Made by a program: the position numbers and the translations under genes. From assembly GCA_002633005.1 (NCBI GenBank), contig NMRA01000123.1:278364-342363 (forward strand): a DNA stretch of 64,000 bases. The letters run 5' to 3'. Below are positions 14,801-27,280 of this stretch, piece after piece; position 1 is the stretch's first letter; each line of letters begins with the position of its first letter. The notes below the pieces were generated by a model. It was not told the origin of the DNA, did not search any database, and saw nothing but the letters and a program-made list of their open reading frames with translations. Source of the DNA: Phoronis australis (lineage: Eukaryota > Animalia > Phoronida).

Positions 14801-17131
14801 TGATATTATTCTAGGTCAGCGTGATAGCTCGCCAGGACTCTAATTACCTGAGAAACTACCAGACCCAAGTTGGCTTGGATATTGAGCTGTTGTACCTGGG
14901 TTCATACAAGGCTGAGGTGAGAGGAGTTGTAATGGGTGTTCAGTAAGTCCTGGGGGCACACTCGCTGAGGGTAGTTACTGGAACAATAGTTACCAAAGAT
15001 TGATGAATTTCATCAACATTTTATCTGTGTTATGGTAAAATCTTGACAAAAATCTGACTTGAAATAATGTTCCAATTCTTTGCCGAGCGTTTTGCTTCAA
15101 AATTTCAGATTTTGACGCAAATAGTTTTTCAAGTTGTTCAGAAATCCCAAGCCCCACAGACTACCCGTCTGTAACTAATGGCTGCAATATTTTTCTCGGA
15201 TACGTCGTAATTTGATCAGAAGTTTATCAAATGATTTTGCTTAAGGTCATGTACAGTACAAGCCCAAAGTATACAGAAAAAATTACCCAGAATTCCTCGC
15301 CACAGCAAATGGGTGGAAGCGTCATGAAAGTTTTCTTCTCTCAGGACTAACAATGAAGGAGGAATTAAGGGGGGAAGTTAAGAAGTTTGTTTTAAGTCAT
15401 TATGTAATTGAAATTTTGCTGTCCTAACAGTTATTATCAGTCATTTTGGCTATAAATAAAGTTAACTGGCATGACGGGGAAGGTTGTTTTTTTGTCTGAT
15501 TACTTTTGTCTTGTACTTTTGGACCCTAGAAAATGTCCAAATTTGGAACATCATATCCCAGAAATGGGTAACTGATTCTTATAAAACTTTCAGATACAAT
15601 GTGTTATGTACTGTTCTGCAAACTGCTGTTAGGAATGGGGGACATTTGTTTTCGCCTCTAGGATCCCCAGGAAACTGGGCAGTTCCAGCCGCCATCTTTC
15701 GGTGCATTTGCTTGATTGTTTATGGTTGGTAGTTGGCAAATTACTAATCGATATGTTAATAATGACTGTTAAAACTTTAGGCTTGCTAATGTTGCAAAAT
15801 ATTTAGGTTCATTTGAAGACTGTTCTATGGTTGAAACAAAATGGCAGTGCTTTTAACTTCATTAGACAATGCATCGGTCATTCATTGACATTTGAGAAGT
15901 TTGTATAGTCACGGGTCTTGATGAAGTCTGAAGTTTACAAGATTCAATATTTACTACATATTTTCAAAACTGGTCGAGTAAGTGTAAATTCTTAATATGT
16001 ACAAAATAAATATGTTCATTTCGACACTTTATAGCCCTATTCCCGTGTGATGCTTTTCAATCACAGTGGCATTTTCCTGGTGTTTTGGTCTGCATAATGT
16101 TTACGAATTGTTTTCAGGAGATGTTTGCTCGCGAACAAAACCAGAACACCATGCTGACGTGGCTGCTGAGATTTGTGGGTTGGTTCTTGTGCCTCATTGG
16201 GTTCAGCTGTCTGACCAGCATAGTCACCACTTTAGGTAACACCGTCCCATTGTCGTATATAACTGCCGTTAGTCTTTTATGGAATTTGCATATGCGACAA
16301 TTAATAGTCCGTCATTGATCATACCTATTAGCTTAAAAATGACTTTTTGACTGTACCTCCATGGAAGTTGGGAGTTTTTAGCAAATGTGTTGATGAGATT
16401 GATGCTTGTTGAAAATTATCAAGGTTCGGAGGAAACATTTTTGCAAATTTTTTAAGAGCTAAGGTTTATTTTCTGGGTTTTTGATAATTGATGTCACTTA
16501 AACCAGGTGAATTTTGTCGAAGTTTTGTCAACTTTTTTGAAAACTATTGCACTTGTAAACATTTTGTTTTTCCGTCTGTTGAAAGTTGTGGCAGTTCTAG
16601 TATTTAGTACACAATATGACGAACAATGGAAATTTTATTTTATCAAAGTTCTGCACAAAAGCATGGATTAATAAAATTTTAGTTTATTACTGGCTTTGTT
16701 TGCACTGTGTAAATGTCATAAAACAATATTTGGTGAATCTTTCATTATTTTCAGCAAAGTTGTCGTATTTGGAAAAGGAAAAAAGACAGTTTCAATAATT
16801 TTTTGTGCGAATTAAGTGCAGAATTTCCGTATTTCTTGTTTCTTGCTTAGCGTTAACAAAATCGGACAACTTTGACAAGATTTTATCAACTGTTGATGCA
16901 ATACTATTCTCTGTGGTTTCAGTTGATTGGATCCCTATTGTACGTGACCTAGTGTCCATGGGTGTCTGTCTGATGAACGTGAGTCTGGCCATCAGCCTCT
17001 CTCTCACCGTCATCGCCCTCGGCTGGATTCGCTACCGCCCTCTACTAGGACTCACTATTCTGGCGTTTTCTCTCTTGCCATTCTTCATCTCGGCCAAACG
17101 CAGAAACACGTCCCGACCCAGACAAGACTGA
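5740..17131 (+). CDS. TMEM43: Transmembrane protein 43 (LUMA), 5'-partial, 10 coding exons, ~347 aa visible
   Basis: Phase-consistent GT-AG exons: 5740-5874, 7013-7107, 7821-7870, 8230-8299, 8726-8796, 9963-10081, 11020-11094, 14815-14916, 16118-16235, 16923-17131. Translation includes GRAVHTAQSLDEGL, RLVHITG, KLKRTVEMYQWVE, IGDMRV, VSVIARQ, TWLLRFVGW, VDWIPIVRDLV and IALGWIRYRPL, all matching TMEM43 as I recall it. The first exons were not found and probably lie upstream of the window. Confidence 0.96.
7013..7107 (+). CDS. TMEM43: TMEM43 exon (95 nt) VLADKRY...VEMYQWVEEEHK
   Basis: cttag acceptor, gtataa donor; conserved VEMYQWVE motif. Confidence 0.93.
7821..7870 (+). CDS. TMEM43: TMEM43 exon (50 nt) EYNEGDQTRVETTYTY
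   Basis: tttcag acceptor, gtgagt donor, phase compatible with neighbours. Confidence 0.9.
8230..8299 (+). CDS. TMEM43: TMEM43 exon (70 nt) QQWRSDLVHSSQFDSPHNHRNP
   Basis: tttcag acceptor, gtgagc donor. Confidence 0.9.
8726..8796 (+). CDS. TMEM43: TMEM43 exon (71 nt) SFPVESTTQEASDVTVGNFYLSE
   Basis: poly-T tract plus cag acceptor, gtaagt donor. Confidence 0.9.
9164..9475. repeat. Minisatellite, 14-bp unit ATTTGCAACACTAT, about 20 degenerate copies, in a TMEM43 intron
   Basis: Direct reading; explains the repetitive ORFs in all three frames. Confidence 0.95.
9963..10081 (+). CDS. TMEM43: TMEM43 exon (119 nt) LINQINNY...GWFYHSKNTIHPE
   Basis: ttgcag acceptor, gtatgg donor. Confidence 0.9.
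11020..11094 (+). CDS. TMEM43: TMEM43 exon (75 nt) IGDMRVKIEVAGL...PDV
   Basis: ttttag acceptor, gtagga donor. Confidence 0.9.
12110..12320 (+). mobile_element. Penelope-like retroelement GIY-YIG endonuclease C-terminal relic
   Basis: TAMGEHTLATVHSV...AKIIGKEQNWHAHKIK*SI...LLDCDRGVQLSPLYSDIL resembles the PLE pattern SA.AEH...GH...IL..E..W..RKIKEAI.I...LNRD.G..L...Y; in-frame stop present. Confidence 0.75.
12570..12822. repeat. Near-perfect tandem repeat, 92-bp unit x ~2.8
   Basis: TCTATTGGTTAGTACAGGACCCATG... starts at 12571, 12663 and 12755. Confidence 0.95.
14396..14659. mobile_element. MITE, P-element-like (CATAGA...TCTATG termini, 7-bp TSD)
   Basis: TIR CATAGATTATAG versus CATAGACTTTAG (10/12); ATTCCAC duplicated at 14389-14395 and 14660-14666. 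Confidence 0.8.
14815..14916 (+). CDS. TMEM43: TMEM43 exon (102 nt) VSVIARQ...GSYKAE
   Basis: ttctag acceptor, gtgaga donor. Confidence 0.9.
16118..16235 (+). CDS. TMEM43: TMEM43 exon (118 nt) containing a TM helix
   Basis: EMFAREQNQNTMLTWLLRFVGWFLCLIGF; tttcag acceptor, gtaac donor. Confidence 0.93.
16923..17131 (+). CDS. TMEM43: TMEM43 last coding exon, two TM helices
   Basis: DWIPIVRDLV...GWIRYRPLLG...RPRQD, then TGA stop. Confidence 0.93.
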
Positions 17132-17692
17132 CAATGAATTTCGAAGCAGTAGAACCATACTCATCACTTGGTTTATAGATGGAGTAAGGCGCGATAACAT
17201 GACATAGCCACGTATTATAAACAGGGTCTGTTTTATCAAAGTGCGTAATCTGGTCATAGCTAAGCTGGTCAAAGACTCATTATTGCAAATGTGACATTGC
17301 ATTTTGAAGAAGAGCAAAAATGTTGTAATTGACATAAAGTTCCCAATTTTGAATATTCAAATTAAATGACGGTCTTGGTGAGTCCTGTAGGTGAATTGTG
17401 TGCTGACTGAAATTGTAAGTTACAACCACAGGGGTACCAATAGAATCATACGCACGAGCATCGCATCACATGCACGAACACTTTATGACATTCTTGGCCA
17501 AAATTATATTTTCCTGTTTCTGAAAATTGGGTGTAGGTGATTTTTCATTTCATCAAAGTTTTGAACATTCTTTTGTGTAGCAATTTATGAAGATAGTTGG
17601 CTTTAACCTGTATTGCTTTAGTTCACTCGAACTCTATAGACTAGTAAAAGCTGGATGGGGACAAGGAATGGGCTGTCATTTTGTGGAGAGGG

Positions 17693-18076
17693 AATAGGGC
17701 GGTCCTGGATTACACAGCGCACTCTAATCTCGCTGTATTTACCCACAGTGCCATAAACATCTCTCAGGAACATTTGCTGCCTCGTTTTGGTGCCATTTGT
17801 TGTCCGATTCTTTACAAGTATTTTCTCTGTTGCATTACTCTATTGGTTCTTCCGATGCCAACGAAGTATTACTGCTGTGCTGTGGGCTGCAACTCCGACG
17901 TGAGAAAGTTTGATAAACTGGACAAATACCGGTGGATTGGGGATGTGAAATTCTTTGCCTTCCTGACATCAATGAGAGACATGAAAATGTGCCTGATTTG
18001 CAAAACGAGGTCACATGCGTTTTTAACTCCGGACAACGGAAAGTTCTACTGCCATGTAATCCAACACGGCCCTATT
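17693..18076 (+). mobile_element. Deleted DNA transposon carrying a THAP-domain N-terminal fragment (ISL2EU/Harbinger-like)
   Basis: TIR AATAGGGCGGTCCTGGATTACA versus reverse complement AATAGGGCCGTGTTGGATTACA. Internal MPTKYYCCAVGCNS...VKFFAF from 17855 resembles the start of a THAP domain. Confidence 0.7.
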
Positions 18077-19245
18077 AAAAATCTCATCGGTGACAAAGTG
18101 TGGGGTAAGCAACCAGGTTCGAGAGCCTTACGCCTTTTGTTGTTATGTAACATGTTTTTTATTGCATTTTACTGTATTTGTGAATTATGATGACAGAGGT
18201 CGCTTCTGTTTCAAAATTCTACAGATTGTATTGTAATTCAAAATTACCGTGAATATATTCTCATGCGATTTCTGAAATAATGAGATTATTTTTGGAAGAA
18301 AAGTTCCATTGCAGCAAAATATCGTGCCAAAGCAATTATTTGTTTGGGGAAAATACTGTTGTTCAGTTGCCTTGTCCTGGTGAATTTTTTTCATTTCAAA
18401 AATGAATGTTTATGTTACTGTTTCTTCTCATTACAGTTTTGTTGTGCTTAGTTTGTTTGTTTCGTGTTTTTAAATTGAAATTTGTTTGAAATTAGAACTG
18501 AGGCCGATGATGCTATTTTGCCATACTGTTCAATATGTTTGAATTATGTACGACTTTTCAATTAGCAACGCACTTTAGATTGTGTGTGTGTGTTGTACAT
18601 GTGTACATAGATGGAAAGATGTTTGTAAATAATTTGAAAAGTTTAATGTTTTATTGCATTTTGGCTGCAGATTTATTACTCAAACTGTTGTCATTAACTA
18701 TTCATTCTAATTTTGATGTTTATATGTGCACTGTATGTCAGTCATGTGATATGTTCAAGGACATGCCTGAAGCGAGCAGTTTATGTTTGTATGAACAAAG
18801 GTGTAGGTTGTAAATTGATAGCAGCTCCGCCTAGACTCTAGAAATAAGCTTCCGCTTTGTGACAATGAGAGTCAGGGCAAGCTTGATGCTTTGTTTTATT
18901 ATCTCTGTCTTCGACATTCCCCAGGATAAGTTTTGTTATTCTGTGGATTCTTATTTTACATTGATTCTAAATGTGTTAGTGCATGATGTATAAGGGAATT
19001 GTTGTGTTTACACTATTATTATTTGATATTTATTTGGATAACTTCAGAGTTTATGTCATTGAAACTAATTTGCTTTAACTGTATAGCTATACTAATTCTC
19101 GAGCTACTGAAGACCTGATGCCTGCGCAATTTGCAGCCAACTGTTATGTCATCCATCCAACGAGCAGCATTTCGCCTTTATCACACGAGATTTGAACATT
19201 TCAGCAATTTACCAGTAATTGTTAATTAGATATAGTAAAAATAGT

Positions 19246-19520
19246 TAAAGGCTGAGGTTGGCCAACAGTGAAATATATCAAATAAACACAGAAGAATCAG
19301 GAACATTCACCGGGAATCCAACAACAGGTCTCTCGATTGCCGGTCTAGTGCTCTTACCACCGAGCTACTGAAAACCTGATATCTGTGTAATTACTGTTTG
19401 CAGCCAACTGCTGCACCCGTTCTAAAGACCTGGGGTTTGATTCTCAGTTGGAGTTCCAGATTTTTCTGAGCTTATTTGACATATTTCACTATTGGCCAAC
19501 CTCAGCGTTTATGTATTTGC
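19246..19520. mobile_element. Two inverted copies of a tRNA-derived SINE-like sequence
   Basis: The minus copy 19246-19380 has an A-box-like TAGCTCGGTGG and a B-box-like GTTGGATTCC. The plus copy 19427-19520 shares ATATTTCACT(A/G)TTGGCCAACCTCAGC. Confidence 0.65.
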
Positions 19521-21217
19521 TAGTCTAATCCTTGTTGGAAGAATTTTGTATAAAATGATCCTAGTCTGTCAAAGTTATTTTTTGTTTGTTGTGCGTCAAT
19601 GGTAGCCATGTTGAAAGGTTAAGGTCATGTAAGACCTTAAATGGCGAACTTTGGAGCATCATATCTCAGAAATTATTGATGTATCGTTTGAAGCTTTCAA
19701 TTGCCATGCTTAATGCACTGTTCTTAACATGTTGTCTGGAACTGTTTTTGAAATGTCCCAATTTTTCACGAGATACTGTAGAAAAATATCACTTTTAGTG
19801 TTTTTACGAAAAAAGTTACCAAAAGAACGTAGCATCGTTTTTGATCTTGAACATTTATGTCAAACAAAATTGGGTCATGTTATTGATACGGTTGTTTTGT
19901 TATAAATGGACCTTTCTTCTTTGCTATTTTTTTTTAAACACATGGTTGCCTGACGTCATCCATGACAGATTGGGATGAAGTCAGATTCTGCATTTTTTGT
20001 GTTTTCAGAAAGTATAATACTTATACTAAGTGAAATATGTAGTTTGGTAGGTAGCCTGTGTGACTAAAAACCTACACTTGTGTAAAGCTTGAGATTATTT
20101 TTGGAGGAGTATTACACAGAGCGACTGCAGTGTCATGTTTGGCCATGTCCACACAGTCGACGTCACTGCCTCCAACTTAAACCAATGTGTAACTTTTTCC
20201 CCATAGGGCCGTTCACGATCCTTTCCTGGTAAAAAAAATCGGCTACAGAAATCCGGGCCATAACAACGGCCCTGCTTCGCCCACTTCAGAGGGCGCTGCG
20301 TGGAAATGCCACTAGAAGTTGATGTGTTTCTCTCTACTGCACTTTGTATTATGTGTTTGATTTCAGTAGCTGGCTTTTATATTTATACAGATGTTGAGGA
20401 CTTACTTCAGTGTGTTTGCTTGTTTCTCTTTACTGCGCCGTTACTATATAGATTGCCTGAACCTGTAAGAGCCGTAAAATCCGCGTCTCACCACTTGGTG
20501 GTCACAAATTTAAGTACTTCTGGTCGCTGCATTTTGTTGGCACGTCCTTGGTTTTCAATAGCCGTGGACCCTTTTATCAGTGTCGCATCCTGTCGTAGCT
20601 GAGAGAATCGTAAGCACGTTTCTGCGAACACATAGCTGTGGCGATGCATTGTAATTGGCTCCAGGTTAATAGTTTTTAATGATCAAGACTTATCAATAGC
20701 CTTCCCTTGCCACTATGATATTCAACTGAGGTTACGATCGTTGTGAGTGATGGAACTTCTAAAGCGGCCAGCTGCTTTTTCTAATATTTGCTGTTGAAAT
20801 GGAAAATAAAGTTTAGACCAGAGATTAGGCCAACGCGAGTAATATCCACACTGCAGGTGGCAGTAGTGGAACTTGGATAGTAAGTACCATTGAGAGTACT
20901 TAGCGTTTATTGGATACCAAGCCACGGTAAAAGCCGTATTCCGTGAATAAGAAACGTGTTTTTTTATTATCGTTTTATTAATTTAGAATGACATTTGAAA
21001 ATACATTGTAAAATAAATGTGATAAAATGTGAAAGGTAACAAACTAACACAGAAGCGATTGGAGTTAGCAAACAACACCAACTTGAAATCGTCTGCTTTT
21101 GACTTGTACAATGTGCTGTAGTAATGTTAAATAACATTGAAAATTCAGTTTGAAGCAGTGCTACAGTGTTTGCACAACTCACACGGCTTTAATGCCGCGT
21201 TCCGTCCAAGGAACGAT

Positions 21218-21427
21218 ATTTTGATTCAGACCACTTGCAGTTATAACTTGCTACAGGCTTACTGAGATGAGAAGTGAATCCCGGATTCGCTAAGACGTGA
21301 CAGTTATTCCTTGAGACCATGCTTACGCATAAAACGGCGAGCCAACTCGAGTCTCCGCGAACGAATCGTCACTAGTTCTGGCGAAGCGCAATTATATACC
21401 AGTACCTGCAAGTGATCTAAATAAAAT
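21218..21427. mobile_element. Probable MITE with ~22-bp imperfect inverted ends
   Basis: ATTTTGATTCAGACCACTTGCAG versus reverse complement ATTTTATTTAGATCACTTGCAG. Confidence 0.5.
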
Positions 21428-22396
21428 CTGCTTTGTGAGTGGGAGACGGTTTATACTCGCTTTAAATACACCGTTGTGCCAAACTTTACTCACTACTGTA
21501 CCACGTACCTCATACCGCCTTTGAGAAAACTACCCATTTGCGAAGAAGTAAAGTGGTTCTCACACTTTTGCAAAAAGTCAACATCTATTTCGCTTTGATC
21601 GAAAGCCTTCACTTTCACGGTACATTGATGATGGTATAGCTATAAGTTTGTGCAACTTTTATGTACAAATCTAGTTAATTTAATTCAAATATGGCTAAGA
21701 ACCCTAGCGAAAGCCAGTTCACAAACACGAGTGGAAATGGGTGACTTCATATCCACCAGGTGGAGCTGAATACTAAGACTTCGCTTTCACCCGCTAAGTC
21801 GCGCATTGATTCTCTGAAGACGTGGCAAGACGTAGCATTGACTTACAGTACATGAAGTTACGATTGAGTAAGTCATAATATCACAAAGCAAAATCAACAC
21901 TAATTTTAAAACTACCGGCCCATGACAGGCGGGGAAATTGCATATTCAACGAAGCATTTCAATACAGGGTGAATGGACTAAGAATTGGGCGTGATGTTTG
22001 GAACAGACATGGATTTAGCTATTTCATAATACATTAATGCCGCTGGCACCTGAGGTAGGTCTCTGGGCCGGGTAAATGGGCGGTCCAGTTTCTTTGTACA
22101 AAGTCTTCGCACAGGCTCCGCCAAACACACGAGTTGCCAATTAAAAGAAAGCGTGCGTTAAAAGCCAAGGGTGGGAACTAACTAAAATTTTGCAAATCGT
22201 TTTTGATTTGACTGTAACATGGACATAATACACGGATAGAAATCGTCACTTGACCATAAATATGGAGCACCGTTAAAACAATGTTCAGATAGAATACGTA
22301 AGGCACTTGAGCAGGATACGTTATCAGATCGTGCAAATTCTCTCCAACGGGACTGGATGACGTAATTTCAATTCAGAAGACGGGGTACGTCAACGT

Positions 22397-25300
22397 CTAT
22401 TTTAACGTACAACTCCAGTTGATCGGGTTATACTTGAGCTGTTCACGATCGTACTGCTGTTCGTGGAATGTGTTTTGGCGGGTTCTAAACCACGACTGTT
22501 CCATCAACTGAAAACAAACAGAGGAAATGTGAGAACACGTCGTACTTGAAGCTGCACTGCAAATGAGGCGGTACAATCGCGAAGTTGGCATTTGCAGTCA
22601 AAATCCAACACGACGCCATACTTCAGAGACTGCGATCGACCACCAATATAGAAGAAACTAGACGACTCCTTTCTATTGGCCTCACGATAAGTCATAGAAA
22701 TGACGCCGAGTAACTTAGCAACGAAGGCTAGCCCACACAACAATTGCTCAGATTGGCTCCCTCCTCACACTGATTCTTTTATACATTTAATCCCATGTCC
22801 GTTAGGTAACAGTAACACATTTGCATTCTCGTCGTCCAAGTATGAACTGACGTGACTTCACAAAAAAACCCAGAAACTTGAATGTTTATTTTTCGGCTTC
22901 CATGAAGTCGACTGCAGGCTGCTGGGTGAAATGACCCTAGGACCAAGGATGTGGACAAACTACATGTACACAATATGCCAAGTTATTCAACGAGTATAAA
23001 CTCTTTAGAGTGAAACACTGGTCTCCGACAAGGTTCAACATAGATGAATGAAGGCAAAAATGCAAGTAAATTCAGTTCACACAAGTTTAAAACACAAGAC
23101 GTGAAATGTTGTGTCGCTCTTACCTTTTTGTTTTCATCCCTGAATTGCTTCAAGTAGTTGTATTTTCTAATAAAATCTCTCGCGTCCTCTTGTAAACAAT
23201 TCTGATCCATAGACACAGCTACGGCGCTCTCCCGTACTTTCTCCTTTTTGTCGAGTTTTTCAGTTTCCCACTTGTCCGCCATCTGCTGTTTTAAGGTGAG
23301 CCTAGTCTGTCGCCTGTAACAGACGGAGAAGCAATTAAATTATAAAAAATCGTCACTTTCGCTAAAACGTGAATCAACGGAAAATATCTTTTGAAAACTG
23401 GCGCGTGTAGTTCACGTGGTGCTAGCAGACGAATTCTTGGAACTAAGTCAGTCAGTGTGCTTGACTCACTAAGTTCAATGTAAGAACACAATACTTCGAA
23501 GCTGAGTGAATAAGAATGTCTAAAATGACTTAGGTTCACACTCAATATTATACAGACAAGTTAGCGATTGAAAAACATTGAATATATAACTCAAATCTTT
23601 CTGTGCCATGATGACTGAAAATGATTTCACAAACATACCCCCTATAGAGCACATTGACAAGTGAATTTATTTGTCAAAGAAGCCATCAGCTCGGGCGACA
23701 TTTCTCAAGATTGACCGTTTCATTTAAATCGCTTCTGATTTTCCCCATAGTCGTCACAGAAGGACAATTATGAAACCAGTTAAGGTTAATTTGACGATTT
23801 CCATATTTTAAGACCGAGAAAAGGGAGGGAACATTTTAAAAGATATATTTGGAATACGGTGACCATTGGTAACGAGTGTACTATAGTGCACAGTTAACCG
23901 TTGCCACCGAGCTATTGACGGGATTAATACCATCATTTGAGTAGCAACTAATCTATTCTACTCATTAAAAGTCGGGAAACCAAATGAAAAAGTCAATAAT
24001 TAATGAAAGAAACTCGTGAAACTCGATTCAAAATTGACAATTGACGTCATTGTGAGAACCACTTACGTGGCAAAGGCGTTACGGAATAACTATTGAAAAC
24101 GATTGATTTGTCCAGTCGTCAATAGGAATTCACTTAGAAACAAGGAAACGAACGTCCACGTATCAGATATCAAGAGTCAACAAATTCCTGCCATTAATTG
24201 CTACGTCGATTCCGCATAAACATTCGGTGTTTGATTGCTTTTTCATTTAGAGGTAGGCACAACAGTAAGGCATTCGATGTAACTATACAATTCTACCTAC
24301 CGCGTTTACTTAAGAAATCGAGACTCCTTTTCGAACGTTACTTGTGACATATGCGTTTGGGGAACCGAACTGTATTCGAATAAATTTCCAGCAAACTACT
24401 TAAGAAATTGTATTTGGGCTCGTCAGGATAACATTCGAGTATAAAACATGTCTTGGTTAGTAACCCTGCTGCAATGTAAAGAAGTCGTCAGCACTACGAG
24501 ACTTCCAGTTATCGTTTTCGATACAGAAAAAAAAACAACGTACAGATAGGTTTCTGTAACACGCTAACGAGCATCTGTTTTCCCAATTCATTACCTAACG
24601 AGTCTAATATTTCCTATTCATTTTTCGTGTACGCAGGTATACATGACAAAACCTGACCTCGATTGTTGGTTCATCGTCTCATAACACCTTGGTCGTGGCA
24701 TTATAGGCGAGCACTTCTGCGGTTGCAGGGTTTACTTTCGGTTCAATCCGCCGTGAATAGTAACCAAGCGTACAGGTACACACCGAATGCTTGTACTCGG
24801 GGCTGTTACTATTTGTAATTGCTAATATCAACACAGACTTTACATTTAAGATTTGATAGGTGTGAAAAGAGTAGTCACTTGAGATTTAGTCTACCGGCCA
24901 CTTGTTCGTTCATGGATTATCGTCGACATCAGCTGTTGCGTTTGCAAACAATATTAATAGGCGACGGTTTTGGGAATAGGGAACTGAAAATACTTATAGT
25001 TGGAGGGTATAAATAACACGTTTCAAGGCAAATTATAAGCAAAAGGTGGAGTTTATTTTTCCAACCGGTTTTTATAGTGTTATATGAGTTGGCACCGCTG
25101 ATTCGATTCCATGGGGGTACTCCCATAGAAGAGGTAAAACGGACGTGAAGCTTGAAGGGTGTTTCTTTCACTCTCGACCAAAATGGCGCTTTTGTGAAAA
25201 ATCCTTACGAAAGAGTGCGTTCGTATTCGATTAATCACGAAAGGGCTCCCAGTCAGCAGCCAATTGCACAAGTTTAATAAGTGGATGGTTGATATTACTG

Positions 25301-26154
25301 TGGTTGCCAAAGATGATCTCCTTTTTGACAACGTGCCATCTCCCCGGTAGTGTGTCTGACGTCATGGATAAAAAATGAACTGTCCAGAGAATGACATGGT
25401 CCAGGTTTAAGGAGTTGACCCCTGCAAAACGGTGGCGTTTATGCAGTGGAGACTTTTCAATGCAATCTCGCAATACCGAATCTCCAATTTCGCAACCCAA
25501 TCTCTAAAGGTTTAGGTAGGCTACGTGTCTATTAATGTTCCAACTACATGTACAATCCAGTCAAAATATAACCGATTACAACCCGGGATAAGTTGAAGCC
25601 TCACGCCGGGATATAGGCAAACGAAAGAACACCGCATTCACTTTTTGAAAGAGAATCATATCCCGGTCTTCAAATAATTATTGTATTCTCAGAGAGACTA
25701 TGCAATGTTCATGTTTCTGAGTTCTATTCCACTTGATACCACATCCCATATCCACAAGTTCAAACAGGTGTGCATTTAACACGGTTTAATTCACTCACCT
25801 GTAAGCCTCTTTCTCAGCAGGTGACCCATAGTACGCTTTTGACCACGTATTGTGATATCTATAGTGTTCTCTCTGTTGCATTAAAAGTTTCCTTTTCTCA
25901 TTTTCAAAATGAGGATTCGGCGTCTCGTACATGTGAGTCATGCGTTTGGCTGGAGGGGGCGGCACCAGCGGATTTACCCTCCCGGGTATTTTTGTATGTA
26001 TAAACGGCGGGTATAACCCGTATGTAAAGTTCCTGTTCTGGAATGTGTGAGTGGATCCGTAAACACTGTTTGTGGTGACAGGCCGTGACATTGCCATAGG
26101 CGTGCAAATCGTCTCCCTCGGGGTGAGGGAGGGTAGCGTTGAACTAGACATCAT
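22397..26154 (-). CDS. Uncharacterised ~218-aa protein (Pro-rich N-terminal half, charged helical C-terminal half), 3 coding exons
   Basis: Exons 26154-25799 (donor AG|GTGAGT, phase 2), 23313-23124 (acceptor GTTACAG, donor GTAAGA, phase 0) and 22507-22397 (acceptor TTTTCAG). They join into one ORF: MMSSSTLP...KAYYGSPAEKEAYR-RQTRLTLKQQMADKW...QFRDENKK-LMEQSW...NPINWSCTLK. An acceptor just before 26156 implies a further upstream exon. Confidence 0.85.
23859..23873. promoter_or_regulatory. RFX X-box consensus match in an intron of the uncharacterised minus-strand gene
   Basis: GTGACC-ATT-GGTAAC fits GTNRCC(N0-3)RGYAAC. Confidence 0.35.
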
Positions 26155-27280
26155 ATCTGTAAAAGAGAAATGGGTGATGATTAATACTAAACATGAATGG
26201 ATGATGCATTTAACGAGCCTAGTGTGTCTAATACTTGTAAAAACGCTAAACCAATTCGAATCAGTATGTATTGTTGAAATTCCGTTCAAATTTAGTGCTG
26301 TTTCAAATCAACCTATAATTTACTTCATTTATGTGACTGGCGCACATCGTTGACCACTTACAAGGTCCTTGTCCTTTTATCGCTATTCATTGATTCTGTA
26401 ATATGACAACATTTTACGAGTTTTCACACAGTTTTGGATTCTTTTCAACAAATACGCCGGCTTGTGATTGCCAATATTTCAGGCATTTCTGGAGACACAG
26501 ATTGAACTTTCCGCGATTATTTTTAAAGAGTGCAAGGGCACGTGGTATTGGTTATATTTCGTTTCGATAATAACGAATTTCAACCCTCTTACTCGCCAAT
26601 CTAGGGACCCACGTTTTAACGTACGAAAAGCGTATTTTAGGGCTTATTGCTGAGCGGGGGTTACCGAGGATTACCGATTCGAAACCACACCAAGGACGGG
26701 ATATCCTCTGCAAATCACTTTTCTCGTCTATAACGTCACTTATTAAAACTCTGATCTTACAATAAAACAAGAAATTGCCCAAGACTTTCTGACGTTCAGA
26801 GACAAAATAGAATAAGTGCATGTCATAAGGACAAAAAACCAGAAGGAATGCGACTGAATATAAGGATTTGTTGCAAAAACCAAAACCTAATTCAAGGCAT
26901 TCAAATCTACACGGTGCTCACGCGAAAAACGTGATTTGTGAGTTTACGTTATCTGTGGTATGGCATTAACATAACTCTTGGTAGCAGGATGAATTTTTCA
27001 TATTCATTTAGTAATAAGATAGCGCTGGGTCGCTTTAGCACTTCAAGGCAAGTAATCAAATATTAGAAATGCGACGAGTATGCTATCGTACACCTCTAAG
27101 TGGATTTGTTGTCACGACTGATGCGATAACGGAGTGATTGCGAGAGAAAGATATGAAAATCTATGATTATATGTAAACAAAGACGGCATTCTGCCTGGAG
27201 ATAAAAACGATCGCCAGTGCACTGAAGCTCTAAAGCTACCTCAACTGCGTAGACAGACTTTCTTTATAGCCGACAGACCA

